Source of the DNA: a virus
IMG/VR virus record: IMGVR_UViG_3300027901_000002
Location: 1 to 64,000 of that record
Length of the DNA: 64,000 nucleotides
Reading direction: 5' to 3' (one strand)
The position numbers and the translations under genes were made by a program. Under the pieces are notes generated by a model that saw only the letters and a program-made list of their open reading frames with translations, did not search any database and was not told the origin of the DNA. Of this stretch, positions 40,428-49,290 are shown piece by piece (within the stretch, counting starts at the first letter, position 1; each line of letters begins with the position of its first letter).

Positions 40428-40559
40428 TTCGAGTCAGCTGGAGCTCCCAAAGAACTTTCGGTTAGAGACGATATACGCTTCAACCTCCCCTGCATCCACT
40501 CGTGTAGAGTCTTTCTCTCTACTCAGGATCTACGGCTGTCCCGCTTCGTTCACGCTGAT
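40428..40559 (-). ncRNA. BHB-flanked element A (132 nt)
   Basis: CGAG-AAA-UCAGC ... GCUGA-CUCG-AAA; inner GUAGAG/CUCUAC hairpin. Confidence 0.75.
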
Positions 40560-40877
40560 TTCTCGTATTCTTTCTTGTCTTCTTTTCTTAATTTCTTCTA
40601 ACTCACTTTTCGGAACTGGTTTTAACTTTACGCCTTCCGCAAAAACCAATTTTAATTCTTTTACCAATTCTTGCTTTACGCCGCTAATTTTAGGAGCAAA
40701 TTTTGGAGGTTTCGGAGGAGGGTTCCAAGTAGGACGAGAAATAAATCTTTTCGTCCCAACGAACCTAAGAAAACTACTTCTATTTCTCCCTTCCAATTCT
40801 GCGTTTTCGTCTATTTTCTTTAGCTCCTCTTCATTAACCCAAAAACTAATTTTTATTGCTCTTTTTCGATGCGACAT
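40530..40877 (-). CDS. Ribbon-helix-helix (CopG-like) protein; 3' end interrupted by BHB element A
   Basis: ISFWVNEEELKKIDENA..EGRNRSSFLR. Confidence 0.75.
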   Translation of the reverse strand: MSHRKRAIKISFWVNEEELKKIDENAELEGRNRSSFLRFVGTKRFISRPTWNPPPKPPKFAPKISGVKQELVKELKLVFAEGVKLKPVPKSELEEIKKRRQERIREISVNEAGQP

Positions 40878-41205
40878 AAGAAACCGATGTGTTAACCTTT
40901 AAGAATTGGTAAATAAATTGCTGTTAATAATATAAACGCAAGTAAATGTACGACAACCCAAAATATAGCAATTACGATTGCTATTTTTTCGTCTTTATCC
41001 ATTTTAACCCAAATTTTTCAAAAAAATTACCAAACAATCTATCGAACAAAAATCAAGCCTACATTCGTAGTAGGTTCCTGTTGTTTTATTGTTTTCGTCT
41101 GAAATATTAATATCAAACGTGCAGTTATCCTTACTAGAAATAGTAATCCAACCAACACATTTTCTAACTTCGTCTAACGTTCCTTCTCTTCCACAACTAT
41201 CGCAT

Positions 41206-41589
41206 TTATATTTTGTTATTTTCAAACTTTTCGAACTTCTCAATTATTTTTTTTACTTCTGGATGAACTTCCATCGAAGCTCCAGCTCTAATTTTAGTTC
41301 CAGAAATAACTTTCACATCTTCTGGAACTTCTACTAAAGAGTATCCAACTCCTCTTCCAATAGCAACCATTTCTATGTCTGGAATCGTAATAATTTTTAC
41401 CATTCCAGTTAAAATTTCGTCTTGATACACAACAGAAATCATTCTGTATCTAAGCCAAAGAGGATATTTTTCTTCGCTATCTCTTATTGCGATACAAACT
41501 GGCTTTCCGTTAAGTAAGAAAGAGTCTATAATTGTTTTATGTCCTAAATGGAAAGGAGACCACCGACCAATAAACAAATTATATTTCAT
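41206..41589 (-). CDS. Cytidylyltransferase-like (HIGH) nucleotidyltransferase
   Basis: IGRWSPFHLGH, GRGVGY, ISGTKIR. Confidence 0.85.
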   Translation of the reverse strand: MKYNLFIGRWSPFHLGHKTIIDSFLLNGKPVCIAIRDSEEKYPLWLRYRMISVVYQDEILTGMVKIITIPDIEMVAIGRGVGYSLVEVPEDVKVISGTKIRAGASMEVHPEVKKIIEKFEKFENNKI

Positions 41590-42664
41590 TTTGTAAAATC
41601 TCTTGTAAATACGTGTTCGCCGTGAAGTGTTCTTTCTATTGCGTTAAGATAAGTTGTTTCAAAAATAATCCATTTATCACAGTCCACACATTTATCGTTT
41701 TCTACTTTTCCTCCACAAAAACAACAAACAGCGTCGTGGAAGTCGGCAATAATAATTCTTACATTAACAAGCATTTTTATTAATTCTTGTTTATCCATGT
41801 TGAAATATTCAACAATTGGTAGATATTTTTCCATTTTAATCCTTGTCTCTATATATTTCAGCATAAGCTCGCATTGGCTTTATAACGTAAAAATAAAACG
41901 ACAACTTGTTAAACTTTGGATGTTTAACGTTTATTAAACATTCAGTAAGAACGTCGGCAAAAGTATCTAAATATATCGCGAGTTCTCCGCGAGACATGTC
42001 TTTAAAATTCTCGTGTCTGCTACCAACGCAAAAATTGTTACTAATTATTTTCATACCCTCCTCCTCAATTTTTATTTTATTTTTCGATTTTGTAAGCTAA
42101 CTTCGCTTCTCTTATTATTTCTTCGAATTTGTCCTTGTCTTCGTACCACCACAATATTGGCTCTGCACCAAAATCAGCAACTATTTGGTAGCCGCATACT
42201 GGACACTCCCATAAATCAGCGTGAAAAATATAATCGTTTTCTTTGTAAACTATAACTCCGTTTCTTTTACAATCTAAATATACGCCACAATCTACGCAAA
42301 TTTTTCTCCATTCGTTCATTTTATTTCCTCTTGTAATTTTTACACGTTCCTAAGTAAAAAGTTATAGGAATAAGGTGCTTTTTGCACCAATGATCTTTAC
42401 AATGTTTGCAACTAAGACAAACTTTCTTCATATTTCGCTTTCCCACCGTTCTATAATTGGCGTAAGGTCTGCAAACCTTGCAATTAAGAAAGTAATTCCC
42501 ACGACTGCATTTAATATTGCAAGAAACAAGAAAATACTAAAAAAACTTTTTTCGTCGTTTTTTAATGTTTCCATAGCAAACCAAACACACACGCCACTCA
42601 TTCCAAACATAAAGCAAATAGAAACAATTGCTATTATATTTACTATAAGTTCTCCAACTAACAT

Positions 42665-43204
42665 TTATAACACCATATCGCTCGTTATGTTAATTTTTAT
42701 GAATACTTCGTCGAAACTCAAATTTTTAGGCTCGTTTATTTCGGCACCTAAAATTTTTTTCGCGTCTTCCTTTTCCTCTTCGTCTAACTCGTAAAGTTGT
42801 TGATACACGTAAGAATAAGTATCGTCTAATTTGAATTCCAAATAACATTGACCACTTGGTATAGCAATCGCCCTTACTTCAAAAGGTTGATTGCCGTAAT
42901 AAGCTTCGATAAATTTTTTTGTTTCGTAATAAAAAAATCTTATTCCTTTCTCTAAGAATATCACTACGTCGTCTTTTTGTTTATAATCAAAGTTAAAATT
43001 AACGAGTTTAAAATTTCTTTTAATTATTATACCGTCTGGCGTTTTTGTTCTATCAACAATGTGATCTATTCCACAAAACCAAACTATGTAGTGATTTTTT
43101 TCCAGTAAATCTTCTTTTAAATCTTCTTCTTTGTATCCCCAATAATTCACGAGGACTTTCTTTACGCTTTCAGGGATCATCGTCTTCAGTTTTAACCAAA
43201 CCAA
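42665..43204 (-). CDS. Hypothetical protein ending in DMVL
   Basis: About 170-179 aa ORF in operon. Confidence 0.6.
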   Translation of the reverse strand: MVWLKLKTMIPESVKKVLVNYWGYKEEDLKEDLLEKNHYIVWFCGIDHIVDRTKTPDGIIIKRNFKLVNFNFDYKQKDDVVIFLEKGIRFFYYETKKFIEAYYGNQPFEVRAIAIPSGQCYLEFKLDDTYSYVYQQLYELDEEEKEDAKKILGAEINEPKNLSFDEVFIKINITSDMVL

Positions 43205-43323
43205 ATATATCGTATATCAATTCGTCTTCAGAATAGTAAGCGTCGCAAGAAGGACACCAAAAATCCATGTCGTCAGTTAAAAGTAATTCACTACCACATG
43301 CTAAATGAATAACATTGAACAAT

Positions 43324-44394
43324 TTAGGTTTCATAAAATTCTGCCTTTAAGTTATTTTTTGTTTTTTTTAATTTCATTTCGTATTTTGGATTTATTAACC
43401 CTTTTAACAACAAGCCATCAATATCGTAAATTTTACACGCGTTTTCTATTATTGACGAATATTCGCATTCTTTTAAAGCTTCTTCGAAGATATTGTCTTT
43501 AAAACCAAAATAAGAAAAAATTGTTTTTAAAATTTCTTTTGTTTCGTATATCCTTTTTCTAAGAGTTCGAACGTCGCAACCAACAATTTCACATAAATCC
43601 TTTTGCGTTACGCCGAAATTTTCGCTAGTTAAAATATAAATACAAGCGGCGGCTTTAACAATTGGATTTCTAAATAAAGTAGAGGAACCTATTGCTTCCT
43701 CTATTTTTAAAATATTTTTTATGAAATTTTTGCTTGCACAACAGACTAAAAACTCTTCTCTTGGAGATAAGCATATTCCGCTCACTATTTTAGTGACAAA
43801 AGTTTCTGGTTGTTGTTGTTCTACTTTTAAGTTTAAAATCGTAATTAATCTCGAATAAAATTGTTTTATTTTCTTTACATCGCATTCTATTTTCTCAAAA
43901 TCGAATAAAGTGTAAGGAAGTTTTTGTTTTTTTATTTCTAAATACGCTATTCCTTGCGCTACAATTTCAAGTGAAACCTTACCTCCACCTCTAAAAATGT
44001 TGGTTGAGGAAATTTCATTTAATTTACATATTTTAATGAAGTTATAAAACGCCGAAGCGTAAAAATCTTTACTTAAACCAAGAAGTTCAATTATCCTCTT
44101 AAGTTCTTTTTTGATTACAGATTCCCTTTTATCCTTCCAATCGTAATAGTATTTTTTTAAAGCTCTTTTTAAATTAGGATTTTTGCATTGTTTAATGTTT
44201 ATTTTCGTTCTCTTGTTTATACCTTTTAAAAATGTAGACCTATTTCTTTCTTTTTCTATTGCCGAGTTGTCTTCTAATTGTTGAGGAGGAGTGTAATCAA
44301 TCGGTTTATCTTCAAAAACCAAGCCACAGTTAGTACAAACATCTATTCTGTAAGATTTTTCTCCACATTCTGGACACCACGTCATAATCCACAC
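43324..44394 (-). CDS. tfb: Transcription factor IIB (TFB) homolog
   Basis: Zn ribbon CPECG...VCTNCGLV, two cyclin folds, RNP...AAACIY, VTQKDLCEIVGCDVRTLRKR. Confidence 0.88.
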   Translation of the reverse strand: MWIMTWCPECGEKSYRIDVCTNCGLVFEDKPIDYTPPQQLEDNSAIEKERNRSTFLKGINKRTKINIKQCKNPNLKRALKKYYYDWKDKRESVIKKELKRIIELLGLSKDFYASAFYNFIKICKLNEISSTNIFRGGGKVSLEIVAQGIAYLEIKKQKLPYTLFDFEKIECDVKKIKQFYSRLITILNLKVEQQQPETFVTKIVSGICLSPREEFLVCCASKNFIKNILKIEEAIGSSTLFRNPIVKAAACIYILTSENFGVTQKDLCEIVGCDVRTLRKRIYETKEILKTIFSYFGFKDNIFEEALKECEYSSIIENACKIYDIDGLLLKGLINPKYEMKLKKTKNNLKAEFYET

Positions 44395-44476
44395 AATTTA
44401 CCATAAATTATTGCACAAATAGAAGTCACAATTAAAAAAAGGACGAAGACGTAAAGAGCCTCTTTCTGGTCTTCGT

Positions 44477-44920
44477 TCATTCCCCTAATTGCGTAATTTT
44501 TGTTCGCTTAGTTTCCATTGCCCTTTTACTAAGGGCGTCTGCAAACCCGTTTTCTTTTCTTGGTATTTTTTCGATCTTTACGTCTTCGAAAAACTCTACT
44601 ACATCCAAAAGGACTTTATAGTAGGGTTTTAAATTGCTACTTCTTATGGTTTTATGTTTTGGATTAGTAACGGGAAGTAAACTCCCATACACTAATTCGC
44701 TGTCTACATATACGTTTACTTCTTTCGGTTTAAAATATTGCTTTGTATAGCAAAGTGCATTGATAAGTGCAGCAAATTCGGCTTCGTTGTTAGTTATATT
44801 GTCGCCAAGGTATTGACTACCTTCCATTAATACTTTATTTTCTCTAAAAACAACAAAGCCTATACCTCCGTGTCCAGGGTTAGTTGGACTTGCACCACCA
44901 TCACAGAATATTTTTATCAA
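44477..44920 (-). CDS. rnhA: Ribonuclease HI
   Basis: DGGA...NPG.GGIG, TNNEAEF.ALI.AL, DSELV, IPRKEN..AD.LS. Confidence 0.93.
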   Translation of the reverse strand: MIKIFCDGGASPTNPGHGGIGFVVFRENKVLMEGSQYLGDNITNNEAEFAALINALCYTKQYFKPKEVNVYVDSELVYGSLLPVTNPKHKTIRSSNLKPYYKVLLDVVEFFEDVKIEKIPRKENGFADALSKRAMETKRTKITQLGE

Positions 44921-44924
44921 TAAA

Positions 44925-45935
44925 TCACGTCACTTGTGCTAACATTATTTGTCCTGCTATTTCTTCCAATCTTAACCTGTCTTCTAACAATAAATCTCTT
45001 GCGACTTCAGCTATGCTCTGTCCTACCCAAAACGCGTTGTCTCCGTAATCGTTTGTTTTCATTATTTTTATAGCTTCTCTAGCCTCTGCAATTTTTATAT
45101 CAAAATTGTCTGGAAGCCAATTTACTAAACTGGTTTTTTCGTCGATGTAGGATTCAGCAACCTCCACAGCTTCTCTTAATAGTTTTGCGTATTTATCGTA
45201 ACCGCTAAAGGATTCTGCCATGCTTCCCACTAACATTCCAAGCATTTTTTTGTCGTTTGCTCCTTTGTGAACTTGTCTAAACGATATATGATCGTCCCAA
45301 ATTATTACGCCGTTAGTACACGCAAATCTAAGAAAGCCAGCGTCGTATCCTAGAGATCTATGTCCACAGAAACTGTTAATAACTATTATTCTATAAGAGA
45401 GGTTGTCGTTTCTTCCTATTTCAATTCCTAATTCTGGAAAGTTAATGTCAATTCTCATTTTGTAAATGTTGTGGTCGAAATTCATCGTATACTTTTCTCC
45501 TAACATGTCCACGAATTTTGTTACAGTGTCGTAAACAACTTTATCTGGAATGAAAGTGTGTTGGTCGCTAACTACGCCGTAAAGAGAATTATTCGTCGAA
45601 TCTACGTATCCAAAAAGCGTTCCGTCTCTTCTTAACAATTCCCCTACTCTTATTAAATCGTCTGAAATCTGTGCAGGATAAATTGTTGTTCCGTAATAAT
45701 CTTCGTCTTGAATAGGATCTAAGTTTTCTAATTTTTGAATTATTCGTCCCAAACCTATTTTCAAAGGCTGGTTTATACGTCCAATGTACTGACTTCTAAC
45801 TTCTTGTCCCCAAAATTTATAGCCGTTCGATAAAGAATTTTCGTTTTCCCAATGAACTGCTTTAGAAATTGGAACCTTTTTTACGTTGTCGTTTAAATCG
45901 TTGATTAATTTCTCAAATTGATTTTGATTCATCAT
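44925..45935 (-). CDS. DUF932/DUF945-like phage protein
   Basis: GVVSDQH, NSF.G..SL...AG.LRFACTNG, FRQVHKG. Confidence 0.75.
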   Translation of the reverse strand: MMNQNQFEKLINDLNDNVKKVPISKAVHWENENSLSNGYKFWGQEVRSQYIGRINQPLKIGLGRIIQKLENLDPIQDEDYYGTTIYPAQISDDLIRVGELLRRDGTLFGYVDSTNNSLYGVVSDQHTFIPDKVVYDTVTKFVDMLGEKYTMNFDHNIYKMRIDINFPELGIEIGRNDNLSYRIIVINSFCGHRSLGYDAGFLRFACTNGVIIWDDHISFRQVHKGANDKKMLGMLVGSMAESFSGYDKYAKLLREAVEVAESYIDEKTSLVNWLPDNFDIKIAEAREAIKIMKTNDYGDNAFWVGQSIAEVARDLLLEDRLRLEEIAGQIMLAQVT

Positions 45936-46722
45936 AATTTTTTATATTATTTTGTTTTCTTAAACATAAATCTAATTTACCATATTGATGGACGTGATAT
46001 TTACACTTATCACAACAAAAATGTTCGTGAACTATATATCCTCTTATAGAACACTTATCCATGTTATCGCAAACGCATTCATTGCACAATTATATTCTAC
46101 TCTCATCGTAATCTGGTTCGTAGTTTTCAATTGCTGAGTTTGCGCAATTATCGAAATTTGGACAATCATCAAAATCCCACAAGTCAAAAACCATACTTAA
46201 GATTTCTGCGAAAAAATCAGTATCGTCTCTCATTCGAACGTATATGTCGTCCAAATATTTTCTATCTTCTAAACTAAAAGACATCCTCTAATACTACCCC
46301 TTCGTAAATAAGAAGTTTGTTTATTTCGTGTCGATACACAGACGCTTTTTTTGGATTTAAATCCATTCTTTTAAGCAGACTCTCTATTTGTTTTTTAGCC
46401 ATCTCCCTTAACAAACTAAAATCTGCTTTTAAAATTCTATTGGAAGGAATTAAATCCTCTTTTTTACCATAGTGTTTTGAGTGCTTAAAATAAACTTCGC
46501 CTCCACTATGATTTCGCTTGCATTTCTTACAAAAATAAGGTCTCAATCGAATTTTGTCGTCAAAATCTTCTAAATTGTCGATTGAAAATTTAAATAAAAC
46601 TACGCTCTTATACCTACCTCGTGGTTTAAAGTTACCTACTATCTCAATAGTTCCGTTGCCATTATCTACAACGAATTTTACAATATGAAAATTGTATTCT
46701 TCACCGCACTTTAAACGAACTT

Positions 46723-47130
46723 TCATTTCAAAGTTTTTCTCTTAAAAATAAAGTGTAAACCGTAAAGAAGTGAAACTAGGATTGTATTGATAGTCAACAA
46801 AACAAAAAAAGGAAACAAAAAAATAATGCTTTCTGAAATCCCACCAATTCCAACCAAAATTATGTCGCTAAGCGAATTTTCTACTGAATCTTTTCGTTTT
46901 TCAAATTTTATTTGTTTAAAAAGAGTGTTTTCAAACATTTCAAATATAATTCCAGTAAATAAACAACACACAACTCCATAAGAGAGGGCGTATTCTATTT
47001 GAAACCCACACATCATAATAACGACGTAAGATATAAAAAACGCAAGCATCCCCATAATTAAATGGTCAAAACTATAAAAATCAAGCCATGCTCTTCCCAC
47101 TTGCGTTCTATTTCTTGCTATTAGTTTCAT
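46723..47130 (-). CDS. Small membrane protein (DUF2585-like)
   Basis: DFYSFDH...G, FEMFEN, DSVENSLSDI, hydrophobic helices. Confidence 0.6.
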   Translation of the reverse strand: MKLIARNRTQVGRAWLDFYSFDHLIMGMLAFFISYVVIMMCGFQIEYALSYGVVCCLFTGIIFEMFENTLFKQIKFEKRKDSVENSLSDIILVGIGGISESIIFLFPFFVLLTINTILVSLLYGLHFIFKRKTLK

Positions 47131-47240
47131 TATTGATCGAAAAGTATTGCTCGGTATCCTCTTGCGGACAGTAATACCAACCTTCTTTGTCGCCTTGTAT
47201 TGCGCAACCGCAAGATTGACATATTATTTCCATTCTAACC

Positions 47241-47264
47241 AATATTTTAAAACTTTTTAAAATA
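47241..47264 (-). promoter_or_regulatory. Putative TATA-type promoter motif (copy 3)
   Basis: Plus-strand AATATTTTAAAACTTTTTAAAATA, just upstream of ATG 47233. Confidence 0.55.
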
Positions 47265-47299
47265 TCTTTTATGATTTTTAAAAATATAAAATACATTTC

Positions 47300-47495
47300 A
47301 AATTTGTCAAACCCCTGTAGTACTAGGGTACTTTGACAAATTTAAAACTTTATTATTTCGATTATATTGATTCTGTTTTGACTTCAATCGTTTTAAATCT
47401 GATGTAACGATTTTAAAATTATTTCACTTTTTTAACAAAAATGTCAAAATCTGATTAGTCAGATTTATTCGTCAAAAAATAAGAAATTCAGATTT
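47300..47495. repeat. Non-coding region with inverted repeats and short iterated motifs (origin/regulatory candidate)
   Basis: 12-bp IR AAATTTGTCAAA (47300-47311/47332-47343), AAATCTGA-TTAG-TCAGATTT (47447-47466), repeated TTTGAC/GTCAAA and AAATCTGA. Confidence 0.7.
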
Positions 47496-47876
47496 TCGAT
47501 GCGATTTTCGATTGAATTAATTCGTTGTTTTTTTCCAAAGCCTTTTCTAACCCCCTCTTCAAAACTTTTGAAATTTTTCGAGGAGAAAGAATCCTAGAAA
47601 GTCGTAGAATAATAGTACGATAATCCAGAAACGCCTCCATGTTTGTTTCACGACTCAACAACCTAGAAAAAGTCAGATTTTCAACAAATTTTGCGTCGCA
47701 ATTGTTAATCCATTTTCTTAACTGCTTCATTCTAAATTGAGCCCAAGCAATTGGGTTTTCTGGATATTCAAAATTTTCTGCAATATATGGGTTTATGTCA
47801 TCTTCTAAGACTCCTTTAACAAACGAAGTAATAGTGTTGAAAATCGCAGTTATCGAAGTACTCGGATTTTCGAGAA

Positions 47877-48194
47877 CTAACAACACTTCCCTTTGTATAT
47901 CTTTTTCAAAGTCCTCCATTTTATTTTCCTCGTTGCGTTTTTAAATCTCCAATACCTATCGCTACTTTCAAATTCGTCTATAATTGGATGATGGTGTATT
48001 GGTTTTAATCCCATTTCGTGTAACACTTTATGGTGTAATTCGTGAATAAGTATTTTTAGCCAAATTGAAGGGTCTGCGTTTTTACCACACAAAAATATTT
48101 CTTTTGGCTCTGCACAATAACCAAGCGCCCATTTATCGCCTAATTTATTCCAATCCACAAACATATCATCGGGCACTTTAGGTAAAATTTTCAT
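47877..48194 (-). CDS. Small zincin-like metallopeptidase-domain protein
   Basis: LGYC...I.L...LIHELHH (HExxH). Confidence 0.55.
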   Translation of the reverse strand: MKILPKVPDDMFVDWNKLGDKWALGYCAEPKEIFLCGKNADPSIWLKILIHELHHKVLHEMGLKPIHHHPIIDEFESSDRYWRFKNATRKIKWRTLKKIYKGKCC

Positions 48195-48853
48195 CTTTTA
48201 ACATCCATTTTAAATATTGTTTAGTTACCTTTACTTGTTGATTACAATGAGGACATATCGTTTCTATTTTCCTCACGTTATAAACGTAAGAATAAGGAGG
48301 TTCAAATTCCTTTTTACAAGCTGGACACTTAAATTTCATTTGTATCGCTTGTCGTCTTTTCTTACAATAAACGGAAAATAAGGTATTTCCTTAAAAAGGT
48401 TTGGAAACTGTAGTTTCCACTTCGAAGCTCTATACTTTCTCGTTCTTACTCGTTTTCGTCTGAGGGCCTTTTCGCTCCGTAGTCTGGAATATTTGTGTTT
48501 TTTCTTTCGTCCCATTTTATAACTACCTCTTTTTTTCTACCGCTACAACAACAAATTAGAATCATTATTATTATAATTCCAATAAATGTTGCGTTGGTTC
48601 CGAATTCTATTTCTGTAAATATTAAAAACCAAACTAACGCTTCTATTAGAACAAATACTAAGAAAAATATTCCGACCAAAATTGCGATAACAATTACAAA
48701 TGCAATAAAATCGTGTTTGTTCATATTAGTCAATATATCCGCTAATAAATTTTGCCATAGCTATTCGGTGTTCTTCTTCTTCTTTTTCCTTTTTTAGTTT
48801 TGCTATTAATAAATCAAGCATTTCGTCCAATTTATCTAAACTATCTTTCAAAC

Positions 48854-49129
48854 TCATACATTAAACACGTCTCCGTTTTCTTCTTTCTTTTTGTCTTCGT
48901 AATGGGAAATTAGTCTGCGGTATATTTCTTGTTTTGCCGATTCTAAAATTCCCATAATAGTGTTGTAATCGTTATATCGTGTTGGATCTATTACTTCTGT
49001 TAACAACTTACATATACAGTAGTTTAGTGCTCCAGTAATTTCTTCCTGTGGAAGTTTACACAAATCAAATATTAAATAATCTAAACAATAAGCCAATATT
49101 TTTCTATTTTCTTTTTTTATGTACGGCAA
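48854..49129 (-). CDS. Conserved phage hypothetical protein
   Basis: MPYIK...GALNY...YN..MG.LE.AK.E.YRR....YED.K..ENGDV. Confidence 0.7.
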   Translation of the reverse strand: MPYIKKENRKILAYCLDYLIFDLCKLPQEEITGALNYCICKLLTEVIDPTRYNDYNTIMGILESAKQEIYRRLISHYEDKKKEENGDVFNV

Positions 49130-49290
49130 TTATTTTTTCAACTCTTTTCCAGTTTGTGAATCAAATTTTATAGCGTTTTTATGACATTCTGCGTGGCAGG
49201 CGTACCATCTATCCATCAACCCTACCAGAAGTCTAGCCAACGAACCGTATCCAGTATTCCCTCCAAAAAACGATGTCCATTTAATTTTTT

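Noticed and set aside
39429-40565. CRISPR mini-array, MITE, hammerhead, 5S rRNA, C/D box or permuted tRNA readings of the GC-rich inserts
   Set aside because: Repeats are only 9-12 nt and inverted with bulges. No CUGANGA/GAAA core, 5S signatures, terminal C/D boxes, or T- and D-arms were found.
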